Source: Edaphobacter aggregans (GTDB taxonomy: Bacteria; Acidobacteriota; Terriglobia; Terriglobales; Acidobacteriaceae). Taken from it: 32,000 nucleotides of DNA. The DNA is taken from positions 60,001-92,000 of the forward strand of contig NZ_RSDW01000001.1 of the NCBI RefSeq assembly GCF_003945235.1, in the 5' to 3' direction. Both the position numbers and the translations under genes were made by a program. This document shows, piece by piece, positions 10,017-19,307 of this stretch (position 1 is its first letter; each line of letters begins with the position of its first letter). The notes under the pieces were generated by a model, which worked only from the letters and a program-made list of their open reading frames with translations, was not told the DNA's origin and searched no databases.

Positions 10017-11863
10017 GCCAGCTGGCCGCCAATCTCCGCATCGCTCTACTGACTATTCTTGCCCTCTGCTGCGTCGTAGTTCCTGACGGCACGGCCTCGG
10101 CACAGACCACGACCAAGCCATCTCCATACAGGATTACCGGCACTGTTGTTAGTAGTACAGACGGCTCCCCCGTTCGCCACTGTCACCTTACTCCCAGCCT
10201 CGCAAACGCGACTGCTCCTGGTCCTGGAGTTATGGGCGCGAGGGCCACCGGTCGAGGAGGCGGCCCTCCTAACCGATTCTCCCCTGTGGTTGCGAACAAC
10301 TCGGTGGACGCGGATGACAACGGTCATTTCTCCATCACACTTCCCTCCCCTGGCGCCTGGACCCTCACTGCCAATGCCCGTGGATACGCGAGTGGAGCCT
10401 ATGAGCAGCATCAGGAATACTCTTCTTCGATCGTTCTCACGCCTGAAGCTCCCACATACGACCTCGTCTTCCATCTATCTCCCGAGGCCAGCATCACCGG
10501 CATCGTGCTCGATGAGGCAGGCGAGCCAGTCCGCAACGCCCAGGTTGCGCTTCACATCGTCCCCGCACCGTTGCCCGACGGCTCGCAACCACAGGTAGGG
10601 GGCGTCCGCGGATTTACCCAGACCGACGACCGCGGCATTTATGAATTCGCCAATCTTCTTCCAGAAGACAACTTTCGCATCACAGTACAGGCCCGCCCCT
10701 GGTATGCCGCCACAGCCCAACAGGGCCGAGGCAACAACGTAACAGACACTTCATCGACACTCGACCCATCGCTCGATGTCACTTACCCCCTCCTCTGGTT
10801 TCCCGGTGTCGATGACCCCACTCAGGCAGAGACCATCACAGTCCATGCTGGAGAGACCTACCAGGCCGACTTTCACCTGACCCCCATTCCTTCCATTCAT
10901 CTACGCATCCTTACGCCAGCCAGCGTTGACGCAAATGGTCGTGCCATTCCGGCCTTTCCCGTATTTGAGCGAATCATTCCCGGAGGCGGAGGCAATTTCG
11001 GCGGCGGCGGCCTCATGCCGATCGTCAACATGAACCAGCCAGGAGGCCAGATGGAGGTCTCGGGCCTCTCCCCCGGAACCTATCAGGTCCGCGTCCAGAG
11101 CCAGAATGGAGGCCCGCCCCGCTCCGCAGTCGTTGAAATCACCTCTGGCTCCGTCCGCACTCTGGATATGAGCGCCATCTCCTCCAGCACAGCCAACGTA
11201 ACCATCCTTCTGGACGGTCTTCCCGATTCAGGCCCTGGAGAAAACTCCATCCAGGTCAGCCTCACTGATACCGAGACCGGTCAGCAATTCTTTCCTACCA
11301 ACGGCCCTATGAACAATTTTGCCGGCCCTGCCAACCAGCGCCGTCGGCCAGGGAGTCCGCCTCCAGATCGCCCAGCTCCCCGTAGAGGTCGTGTCATCGA
11401 AGTCCCTCCCGGCCAGTATGAGGTCAGTCTCTTCGCCGGTCGCGCCAACGCCTATCTCACCGCAATCACAGCCCAGTCTGCCGACGTTCATGGCCGTCAC
11501 GTCACCGTCCGCGCGGGTGACTCTACCCTGACGCTGCATGTGGCCGCCGGTCTCGCCACCCTCACCGGCAATGTTTCCCTGCACGACAAGCCCACCGTCG
11601 GAGCCACCGTTCTCCTCGTTCCCGCCTCGCTCGGTGACCCAGGTTCCTTTGCCTCCATTGGCCAGGACCAGTCGAACACCGACGGCAGCTTCGACATCGC
11701 CGGCATCACGCCCGGACAGTACATTCTCATCGCCATCGACCATGGCTGGCAGATTAACTGGAGCGACCCGTCTACCCTGCGCCGTTACCTCACGCAAGGT
11801 ACTCCCGTCGATCTCACTTCGTCCGAAAAGCTCAAACAAAAGATCGAGGCCCAAACCCCCTAA
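10013..11863 (+). CDS. secreted CarboxypepD_reg repeat protein (tandem paralog of 8319-10016)
   Basis: Its start overlaps the upstream stop (ATGA at 10013-10016). It has a signal peptide (LLTILALCCVVVPDGTASAQ) and repeats ITGTVVSSTDGSPV..., ITGIVLDEAGEPVRNAQVALH...TDDRGIYEF, LTGNVSLHDKPTVGATVLLVP...TDGSFDIAGITPGQYILIAI. The C-terminal segment aligns with the C-terminus of the upstream protein (G.Y...A..H......DP.TL.R). Confidence 0.8.
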   Translation: MSQLAANLRIALLTILALCCVVVPDGTASAQTTTKPSPYRITGTVVSSTDGSPVRHCHLTPSLANATAPGPGVMGARATGRGGGPPNRFSPVVANNSVDADDNGHFSITLPSPGAWTLTANARGYASGAYEQHQEYSSSIVLTPEAPTYDLVFHLSPEASITGIVLDEAGEPVRNAQVALHIVPAPLPDGSQPQVGGVRGFTQTDDRGIYEFANLLPEDNFRITVQARPWYAATAQQGRGNNVTDTSSTLDPSLDVTYPLLWFPGVDDPTQAETITVHAGETYQADFHLTPIPSIHLRILTPASVDANGRAIPAFPVFERIIPGGGGNFGGGGLMPIVNMNQPGGQMEVSGLSPGTYQVRVQSQNGGPPRSAVVEITSGSVRTLDMSAISSSTANVTILLDGLPDSGPGENSIQVSLTDTETGQQFFPTNGPMNNFAGPANQRRRPGSPPPDRPAPRRGRVIEVPPGQYEVSLFAGRANAYLTAITAQSADVHGRHVTVRAGDSTLTLHVAAGLATLTGNVSLHDKPTVGATVLLVPASLGDPGSFASIGQDQSNTDGSFDIAGITPGQYILIAIDHGWQINWSDPSTLRRYLTQGTPVDLTSSEKLKQKIEAQTP

Positions 11864-11924
11864 CCTTGCAACATTCAGCTACAAGGTTCAACGGCATTGA
11901 GGCCTTTCGTCTCGTCTACAAGCG

Positions 11925-14510
11925 TTACTTTCTCTCGCCTGTGACCCAAGCATAGTAGGGATTGTTCCCATCTATGGCGAGAACTTCCTGAATCGTCTGC
12001 CTCCACTTTTCTCGATCCCCGTTATATGCAGCGAGACCGGCTGCATAGAAATTCAACAACACCTGACGTTGGCGGTCGATCTCCGGGCGTAAATTATCAT
12101 CGGCATTAACCAGCGGAGGATCTGTGCGAAGAGCAAGCAACTCTGGCAGAACGCGAGAGATCTCTCGCGGGCGCACCCATGCAGCATATTCAATGCGTGG
12201 GTGATCGTCAGTCACCGGGTTGGCGCGTGCTGCATAGCGTTCCAAGCCGTCTCTGCCAGTGACCCACGTCGCCAACAAAGCCGCTGGGGAAGAAATCCCA
12301 ACTGCCTTCAGCGGAGTACTCACACTGCTCTGCATAAAACGGCTGGTTATTTGATGGACGTCGAGGTCGATGGGCGAATAAGAACCAACCAGAAGCATCT
12401 CGTGCATTTCTGTGGTCCACAGGGTCGCATAGGGGAAAACATCGAGAAAGCTGCGCACAAGAGAACGTGTGTCCTCATCGTTCTGAGTGGCTAGTGGCAG
12501 CCATTGCGCAAAGAGACCATTTCGCTCAAGACGCCTACTAGCGAGCTTATAGAAGTCCGTTGAGTAAAGGTTGACAACTCCCTCTGCAGAAGGCGGCGGT
12601 GGCTCCAGCGTGATCAGATCATATCGTTCTGAACTATGCAGCAACTCTTGCCGCCCGTCACGGAGACGAATCTGCATTCCGGGATCGGAGCCTGCCTTAT
12701 AGTTCTCTGGAAAGAGTTCTCCTGCGCGTACTACGGCCGGAAGCAACTCAACGCAGACCCTTCGATACAACTGTGGATAGTGCAGGACAGCTCCAGCAGT
12801 TATGCCGGTACCAAAGCCAATCACTAATGCAGAGCGTGGCTCGCCCCGATGAATAATCAGGGGCAGCATGGCCTGTAGACGCATATAACGGAGAGATGGC
12901 ATGGCATCGCCGGAATTGGAAACGCCCTGGATGTAGAGTCGCCGAAACACGTTGTCACCCGAACGTTGTTCGGCGACCGCAACTGTTGCGCCTCGGCTCT
13001 CCTGGTAGAAGATCAGATTACCTCCTCCGCGTGTTGTAAGGAGTAATCTTGCCAGACGATCCTGAGGCGCGAGGATGCCTCCTATGATGGCAATCACTCC
13101 CAGGACGCAAACTGCGAGTTGCATTTTTCTGCTGACTGCCGAACCCAGCAGCACGGCCAGGACGCCAACTGTGGTTGCCAAAATCGCCAGTATGCTTAGC
13201 GTTCGCACGAGTCCGAGAATAGGTACCAACAGAAAGCCTGTCAGTAGAGTTCCAGCGATTCCGCCTGCAGTGTTCAACGCAAGGACAATACCAACATCCA
13301 TTCCGGCGCGCGTCTCTCTGGCTGCCAGTCGCAGCACGGCCGGAAACGCAGCACCGAGCATGACTGTCGGAACGAAGACAATTCCCGTTGCCGCAACCGC
13401 GAAGTGCGTGCCCATGCGCGCAAATTCGCTGCCGGTGGCTGCGAAGGCGACGTTACCCGCCTCAATCTGAAATCGTAACTGCCAGAGGTCTAAACCAGCA
13501 ATCTCGAACAAGGCAACTACTGCAGCTGCCGCGATGAGAAGACCGAACACTCCCCAGGGATCGCGTACCTTGTGGCTAAAGCGGGCATAGAGCGCGCTTC
13601 CAACGACAAGCCCGGCGAGATATGTCGCCAGCACCACGGAAAACGCAAAGACACGAGTGCTAAGGAACTGCGCCATAGCCTGCGACCAAACCACTTCATA
13701 GCCAAGCGCGATACCACCTGAAATAGCGTACAAAACCAGGGCGATGCCCGAGTTGTCGGAAGGGGAGTCCACGGCTTCAGCCTCTTTTACCTCGGTTTCT
13801 GTAAGGTCTGAAACAGCGCGCCGGACAAGAGCCATCGCCATACCTGCTGCTCCGAGATTGAGGAGAGCTGCAGCCAATGCCGTGTTGCGTACACCCAACC
13901 ATGGTAAAAGAGCGAAAGAACTCAGCAGTACACCAGCGATACCACCAGCCGTATTGGCGGCGTAGATCCAACCTCCAGTCCTCGCAATCTGCACGAACCC
14001 ATACACCTGCGATCGAACGGCGACAGGCAATGTTCCGCCCATCAGAAATGCTGGTGCTCCAACCAAAATGAATGGAAGCACCCACGCAAGAAGACCTGCT
14101 CGCGCCTCGATCGTCACAAAAAGTCCGGCTGAGTGCGCGAGAGAAATGGTGCTGAAAATACCGAGCGCCGCGATTCCGCCTTCTAAAATTGCGTAGAGAA
14201 CAAGAGGCTTCGAGAACCTGTCCGTGAACCGGCCGAAAACAGCGCCACCAAGAGCTAGTCCGGCAAAGAAGGCGCTCACCGCAACCGTGATGGAATAGAC
14301 TTCTACCCCAACAATTAGCGAGAGCTGTTTGATCCAGAGAATCTGGTAAATCAGCGCGGCTGTACCGGATAAGAAGAGCAGAAGGCCAAACAATATGGGT
14401 TGTGCATTGAACCCAATACCATCTGCTTGCTCAATCGCCGGGGCAGGCTTGCTGACGTTGCGATCTTTTGATTTCTTCCTGGAAGCAGCGTCAGATTTCA
14501 CAGCCGACAT
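11925..14510 (-). CDS. fused MFS-like polytopic membrane domain / spermidine-synthase-like (aminopropyltransferase fold) protein with a C-terminal helical-repeat tail
   Basis: 861 aa. The first ~490 aa are many hydrophobic helices. They are followed by RLYIQGVSNSGD...ALVIGFGTGITAG...ERYDLITLEPPPP...YSTDFY, the SAM-MTase/spermidine-synthase-type GxGxG and acidic-loop motifs. Confidence 0.85.
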   Translation of the reverse strand: MSAVKSDAASRKKSKDRNVSKPAPAIEQADGIGFNAQPILFGLLLFLSGTAALIYQILWIKQLSLIVGVEVYSITVAVSAFFAGLALGGAVFGRFTDRFSKPLVLYAILEGGIAALGIFSTISLAHSAGLFVTIEARAGLLAWVLPFILVGAPAFLMGGTLPVAVRSQVYGFVQIARTGGWIYAANTAGGIAGVLLSSFALLPWLGVRNTALAAALLNLGAAGMAMALVRRAVSDLTETEVKEAEAVDSPSDNSGIALVLYAISGGIALGYEVVWSQAMAQFLSTRVFAFSVVLATYLAGLVVGSALYARFSHKVRDPWGVFGLLIAAAAVVALFEIAGLDLWQLRFQIEAGNVAFAATGSEFARMGTHFAVAATGIVFVPTVMLGAAFPAVLRLAARETRAGMDVGIVLALNTAGGIAGTLLTGFLLVPILGLVRTLSILAILATTVGVLAVLLGSAVSRKMQLAVCVLGVIAIIGGILAPQDRLARLLLTTRGGGNLIFYQESRGATVAVAEQRSGDNVFRRLYIQGVSNSGDAMPSLRYMRLQAMLPLIIHRGEPRSALVIGFGTGITAGAVLHYPQLYRRVCVELLPAVVRAGELFPENYKAGSDPGMQIRLRDGRQELLHSSERYDLITLEPPPPSAEGVVNLYSTDFYKLASRRLERNGLFAQWLPLATQNDEDTRSLVRSFLDVFPYATLWTTEMHEMLLVGSYSPIDLDVHQITSRFMQSSVSTPLKAVGISSPAALLATWVTGRDGLERYAARANPVTDDHPRIEYAAWVRPREISRVLPELLALRTDPPLVNADDNLRPEIDRQRQVLLNFYAAGLAAYNGDREKWRQTIQEVLAIDGNNPYYAWVTGERK

Positions 14511-14525
14511 GCGGGGATCCCTTTG

Positions 14526-14566
14526 AAAAATCGACCGGGTTCATTCACCATGATGAACCCGGTTGA
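14526..14566 (-). terminator. rho-independent terminator after the arylsulfatase gene, abutting the RBS of the MFS/SpdS gene
   Basis: Perfect 11-bp stem ACCGGGTTCAT (14534-14544) / ATGAACCCGGT (14553-14563) with an 8-nt loop. On the minus strand it is followed directly by CGATTTTTC. Confidence 0.72.
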
Positions 14567-14627
14567 CCTATTCTGCTCGTTGTTCGTTCTTTCTTCCATC
14601 AAACTTAGCGCACACTTCGCCCCGACC

Positions 14628-16226
14628 TCACTGTTTGGGCTTCGGAGCCAGGTCTACAAACGCACCCGGATCGATCGTAAAGCTTGCAGGCGCCTGGCTT
14701 GGTGGAAATTCCTTGAACGTTTGTAACAGTTCACCCGCAATAATCTGTGACTGTGCAATCATGTAGGCGTTATGCACCTGCCAGTCGTCATACTGGTCTG
14801 AGACGAGCGGCGCTTTTTCATACGGATCCATACGCAAATTGATAAACAACGGAACTCGGGTACAGGTAAAGGGATTCGACCACACCTTGTAGCCCCCGAT
14901 CTCTCGCTGTTCGCAGAAGACGAACTTCCAGTTCTCATGCCTTACGGCGACTAACAGTCCGTCGTCATTGAAATAGAAGAAATTCTTGCGCGGGGAGTGC
15001 TCTTCCTTCCCTTCCAGGTACGGCAGAATGTTGTAACCATCCAGATGGACTTTTTGCGCCATGCCACCAGGTCCGGCACCCTTCAAAAGCTGCGCCGTTA
15101 TATTTGGATTGCCCGCTGCTGCCACTAACGTCGGGAACCAGTCCAGTCCGGAGACGATCTCGTTCGACCAGACATTCTCTTTGATATGTCCGGGCCAGCG
15201 GATCATAGCAGGGACTCGGAACGCGCCCTCCCAGTTCGAATTCTTCTCGTTTCGGAACGGGGTCATCGCTGCGTCAGGCCACGAAAACATATTTGGGCCG
15301 TTGTCCGTTGTGTAGAGGACGATCGTATCATTCGCAATTCCAAGATCATCCACCTTCTTCAGCAACTTCCCGACATCCTGGTCGTGCTCCCACATACCAT
15401 CCATGTACTCGTTGCCCGGCATCCCGCTCTTACCTCGGAACTCCGGCCGCACATGGGTAAAGACGTGCATCCTCGTAAAGTTCATCCACACGAAGAACGG
15501 TTTGCTGGCCTTAGCCTGCCTATCCATAAAGTCCATAGCGGCGTTCGACGTCTCGTCATCGATCGTCTCCATACGCTTCATGTTCAGCGGCCCCGTATCT
15601 TCAATCTTTCCGTCGGCGAACGAGTGAAGGACACCGCGCGGGGCATACACCTTTAGGAAGACCGGATCGTCCTTGGGCCAGTACGGCATCTCTGGCTCCT
15701 GCTCCGCATTTAAGTGGTACAGGTTGCCGAAGAACTCATCGAAGCCATGCGCCGTCGGCAGAAACTCATCACGATCCCCCAGATGGTTCTTGCCAAACTG
15801 TGCGGTCGCATAGCCCAGCGGCTTTAACGCCGCCGCAATCGTTATGTCCCGTTTCTGAAGTCCCACAGGAGCACCCGGAATCCCCACCTTGGTCAGTCCG
15901 GTTCTAACGGCAAGTTGTCCGGTAATAAAGGTAGCTCGTCCTGCGGTGCAGCTATTCTCTGCGTAGTAGTCGGTGAACGTCATGCCATGTTCGCCGATGC
16001 TATCGATGTTCGGAGTCCTCATCCCCATCAGGCCTTGCGTGTAGCGACTGATGTTGCTCTGGCCAATGTCATCGCCGAAGATGACCAGAATGTTCGGTTT
16101 CTTGCCTTGTGCATTCGCTAGCTGCGCTAGAAACCCAACCATGAGCGCCAAGCACAGGCAAACGGTTGCACGCCGCACAGGAAGAGTTCGCCTTTGCAGT
16201 GCGAACCCCCAGGATTTTGAAAGCAT
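14628..16226 (-). CDS. arylsulfatase (type I, formylglycine-dependent), secreted
   Basis: Signal peptide, then KPNILVIFGDDIG...SCTAGRATFITGQ (C-x-A-x-R FGly motif variant) ...GKNHLGD...LYTTDNGP. The sulfatase core motifs are in the correct order. Confidence 0.9.
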   Translation of the reverse strand: MLSKSWGFALQRRTLPVRRATVCLCLALMVGFLAQLANAQGKKPNILVIFGDDIGQSNISRYTQGLMGMRTPNIDSIGEHGMTFTDYYAENSCTAGRATFITGQLAVRTGLTKVGIPGAPVGLQKRDITIAAALKPLGYATAQFGKNHLGDRDEFLPTAHGFDEFFGNLYHLNAEQEPEMPYWPKDDPVFLKVYAPRGVLHSFADGKIEDTGPLNMKRMETIDDETSNAAMDFMDRQAKASKPFFVWMNFTRMHVFTHVRPEFRGKSGMPGNEYMDGMWEHDQDVGKLLKKVDDLGIANDTIVLYTTDNGPNMFSWPDAAMTPFRNEKNSNWEGAFRVPAMIRWPGHIKENVWSNEIVSGLDWFPTLVAAAGNPNITAQLLKGAGPGGMAQKVHLDGYNILPYLEGKEEHSPRKNFFYFNDDGLLVAVRHENWKFVFCEQREIGGYKVWSNPFTCTRVPLFINLRMDPYEKAPLVSDQYDDWQVHNAYMIAQSQIIAGELLQTFKEFPPSQAPASFTIDPGAFVDLAPKPKQ

Positions 16227-16310
16227 GACGACTCCCTTCTCATTTCAACGTCCACAAAGGATCGTGCGAGAAACGGCAAGGCGGCCCGTCGTTCGAGACT
16301 GGATTATTAA

Positions 16311-16380
16311 CTGATGACCTGATCAATCCTGATCAGCACCCGTGATAGCTGATCCCGAGCAGCCTTGAATTGCAATTCAA
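16311..16380. promoter_or_regulatory. operator-like motif cluster: CCTGATCA direct repeats and a perfect 16-bp palindrome
   Basis: CCTGATCA occurs at 16318-16325 and 16328-16335 (10-bp phase), with further (C/G)TGAT copies at 16311, 16342 and 16349. The perfect palindrome TTGAATTGCAATTCAA is at 16365-16380. The cluster sits 85-155 bp upstream of the arylsulfatase start in the divergent spacer. Confidence 0.4.
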
Positions 16381-16926
16381 ATCAATTCGATAAGGGCCCT
16401 GGGAAAAACTTCTTCAAACGTCAGAAAACGAAGTAGGGAGCTAAGCACCCAGAGCGAGAATTCTGCCGCAGCGGACACATCAAGTCAAGCGGGCCACCCT
16501 TTATTGCCACAAACTTCTGCCTTAAAGCTCATCTCTTTCAGTCGCTTACAACTTCTTTTCTCAGAAACTCCTAAATAGGTTGTTAAACCCAACAATGAGC
16601 TAAGCCATTAACATAAAAGCCACTTCGGTCTGTCATATCAATTCCGTTCAATTCTCCAAAATAGTAATAGGGAAAGAACACACGACGACAACCGCAATTC
16701 TCTGTTTAAAATCAACACTTTGTGGATAAGTCAATAAAACGGAATACTTAGCTGCAACCCACCAAGTGTAAGAAATAGCAAGACCTAGATCTTGGAACTA
16801 GGGGAAAGAGTATCTCCATAGATAAATCTAAGAGCGTCCGTAGTTTGAATCATTGAGGTCTTTTGGATATTGTTCCGTTCTAGGAGTCGCAGCTCGTCGA
16901 GGCTCAGGTTAGGACATCTCTAAACC

Positions 16927-17919
16927 TTGGGGGTTGCGGTGGCGGCTCGCGATTCGCTCTTGGCATTACAGAAGCAAATAGGCCAAACCGTACTCGGTCA
17001 GGAAGCCATGATCGAGCGTCTCTTGATTGGCTTGCTCGCCAACGGAAATCTCTTAGTCGAAGGCCTGCCGGGACTAGCCAAAACGAGGGCGATCAAAAAG
17101 TTGGGCAAGTTCCTCGATGCAGGTCTCTCGCGAATTCAATTTACTCCAGACCTTCTGCCCTCGGACATTACTGGATCTGAGATTTATTACAGTTCGGAGG
17201 GCAAGAGCGAATTCCGCTTTCAACCCGGACCAGTCTTCAACAACCTTGTCCTCGCCGATGAGATCAACCGCGCCCCTGCAAAGGTTCAGGCGGCGCTTCT
17301 GGAGGCAATGGAAGAACGGCAAGTTACGGTGGCAGGTAAGCCTCATGTTCTGCCGAAGCTGTTTCTTGTGATGGCAACACAGAATCCCATCGAACAGGAA
17401 GGAACGTATCCGCTACCAGAGGCGCAATTGGATCGTTTCTTGATGCATGTCTATGTCGACTACCCAGAAGAAAAGTCTGAGCGCGACATCATGTTGCTGG
17501 TGCGTGGGGAGGAAGCGGATACCGATACCGCGCCAACAGACGCAGCGATCGGCGAACGCACCTCGCAGGACGTGATCTTCGCAGCGCGGGCAGAGATTCA
17601 CGCTATACACATGGCTTCGGCAGTCGAGCAATATATCGTCGCCCTGATTGAAGCCACGCGCTACCCCGAGCGATACGATAAAGACCTTCGCAGGTGGATT
17701 CAGATCGGAGCCAGCCCGCGCGGGACGATCGGCCTGGATAAATGTTCTCGCACCTATGCCTGGCTGAAGGGCCGTGACTATGTGAGCCCCGATGATGTGC
17801 AGGCGGTCGCGCACGACGTTCTCCGGCACCGCATCATGCTTAGTTATGACGCACAAGCAGAAGGTATTAAAGCGGATCAGGTCATTAATAAAGTTGTCGA
17901 GATGGTCGCCGTCGCATAA
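16927..17919 (+). CDS. MoxR-family AAA+ ATPase
   Basis: GQEAMIERLLIGLLANGNLLVEGLPGLAKTRAIK (Walker A variant typical of MoxR), LADEINRAPAKVQAALLEAMEERQVTV (Walker B / sensor region) and QNPIEQEGTYPLPEAQLDRF. The start is uncertain: TTG 16927 or GTG 16939. Confidence 0.92.
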   Translation: MGVAVAARDSLLALQKQIGQTVLGQEAMIERLLIGLLANGNLLVEGLPGLAKTRAIKKLGKFLDAGLSRIQFTPDLLPSDITGSEIYYSSEGKSEFRFQPGPVFNNLVLADEINRAPAKVQAALLEAMEERQVTVAGKPHVLPKLFLVMATQNPIEQEGTYPLPEAQLDRFLMHVYVDYPEEKSERDIMLLVRGEEADTDTAPTDAAIGERTSQDVIFAARAEIHAIHMASAVEQYIVALIEATRYPERYDKDLRRWIQIGASPRGTIGLDKCSRTYAWLKGRDYVSPDDVQAVAHDVLRHRIMLSYDAQAEGIKADQVINKVVEMVAVA

Positions 17920-17934
17920 ACAGGATCTCTTGCC

Positions 17935-18864
17935 ATGGGAGCCTATGCCGAACTCGATTCGCTGGTTGCCCTGCAGTTCAAGGCGGGTGGCTTCACTTTG
18001 ACGCACAACCAGCCCGTACATAGCTTGCTCTTTGGCAGGCGCACTTCACACGTGCGCGGTCGCGGTCTCGACTTCGAGGAGCTTCGCGGCTACGTCGCTG
18101 GCGACGACGTACGCAGCATCGACTGGCGAGTAACTGCGCGAATGCAGAAGCCCTATGTGCGCGTTTATTCCGAAGAGCGCGACCGGCCCACCATGTTGGT
18201 CGTCGACCAACGCATCAATATGTTCTTCGGGAGCAAGATTTCCATGAAATCTGTAGTCGCGGCAGAGGTCTCTGCTCTCGCTGCGTGGAGAGTCTTCCAT
18301 CAGGGCGACCGTGTCGGCGCATTCGTTTTCAATGATGAAGTCACCGAAGAAGTGCGAATGCGCCGCAGTCGCGCCACTGTGCTTAGGATTCTTGACCGCA
18401 TCTCCAATCAGAACCATCTGCTACGCAGCGACTCTAGTTCGCAACCCCTCCCCCAACGCCTGAATGAAGTGCTTGAATCTGTCGCTCGGGTCTGCCACCA
18501 CGACGCACTCATTCTTATCGCTAGCGATTTCGACGGCGCCGATGAGGAAACACGCGATCTCTTATTGCACCTGTCGGGCTCGAACGACATCATCTGCTGC
18601 CTGACTTACGATCCTCTTGCCGTCCGCCTGCCCCCCGCCGACCAACTCGTCGTCAGCAACGGCGAGTTGCAGGTCGAGCTTCAACTGGGACAGGAGAAAG
18701 TGCGCAAAAGCATTCTTGAAGCTTCCGATAAGCGAATGACCACGATCCTCTCATGGCAGCATGAGTTGGGAGTTCCAGTTCTTCCTCTCAGCACTGCAGA
18801 AGACGTTCCGCAGCAGGTGCGGCACCTGCTGGGAAAGATTGCGAATCGAGGCAGGCGAATATGA
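17935..18864 (+). CDS. DUF58 domain-containing protein (MoxR-associated, VWA-like)
   Basis: GRGLDFEELRGYVAGDDVRSIDWRVTARMQKPYVRVYSEERDRP is the DUF58 signature. It holds the canonical position downstream of MoxR. Confidence 0.88.
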   Translation: MGAYAELDSLVALQFKAGGFTLTHNQPVHSLLFGRRTSHVRGRGLDFEELRGYVAGDDVRSIDWRVTARMQKPYVRVYSEERDRPTMLVVDQRINMFFGSKISMKSVVAAEVSALAAWRVFHQGDRVGAFVFNDEVTEEVRMRRSRATVLRILDRISNQNHLLRSDSSSQPLPQRLNEVLESVARVCHHDALILIASDFDGADEETRDLLLHLSGSNDIICCLTYDPLAVRLPPADQLVVSNGELQVELQLGQEKVRKSILEASDKRMTTILSWQHELGVPVLPLSTAEDVPQQVRHLLGKIANRGRRI

Positions 18865-19307
18865 CAGCTCCGCTCGACAAACTGCACGACTTCTATCAAC
18901 CGCCTCCGCCCGCGTGGACCCCACAGACCATCGGCTGGTACGTTCTCTTTGCAATTGCCGGATTACTCGTTTTATGGATCATCATTCACAGCATTCGCCG
19001 ATGGTTAACCAACCGTTACCGGCGAGAGGCTCTCCGCGAACTGGAGCTACTTCCAGCGGATCAGTTCTCAGGCCTTCTCAAACGCACTGCGCTCGCCGCA
19101 TGGCCGCGCGAGAAAGTTGCCTCGCTCAGCGGCGACGAGTGGCTAAATTTTCTAAACGAAACCAGCGGTGATCCCATGTTTCGTCAGGCTCCTGCTAACG
19201 GCATCGAAGAGGTGTCACTGCGACCAGCATCACTATCCGGCGCGGACGAGCAGCAGATGAGAAAGATCGCCGCAGAATGGATTCGGAGACACCATGTACA
19301 GACTTGA
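18861..19307 (+). CDS. DUF4381-like single-pass membrane protein
   Basis: ATGA overlap with the DUF58 stop. LHDFYQPPPPAWTPQTIGWYVLFAIAGLLVLWIII...RYRREALRELELL matches the DUF4381 pattern (P-rich/W motif, one TM helix, then YRR.AL.EL). Confidence 0.72.
   Translation: MTAPLDKLHDFYQPPPPAWTPQTIGWYVLFAIAGLLVLWIIIHSIRRWLTNRYRREALRELELLPADQFSGLLKRTALAAWPREKVASLSGDEWLNFLNETSGDPMFRQAPANGIEEVSLRPASLSGADEQQMRKIAAEWIRRHHVQT

Noticed and set aside
15930-15960. The arylsulfatase FGly motif reads C-T-A-G-R instead of C-x-P-x-R.
   Set aside because: The (C/S)-x-(P/A)-x-R variant is an accepted form of the sulfatase signature, so this is not unusual.
16961-16976. TGGCAT-TACAG-AAGCA, with correct sigma-54 spacing.
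   Set aside because: It lies inside the conserved N-terminal coding region of the MoxR ATPase (codons LLALQKQIG are needed for the family N-terminus), so it is most likely a chance match.
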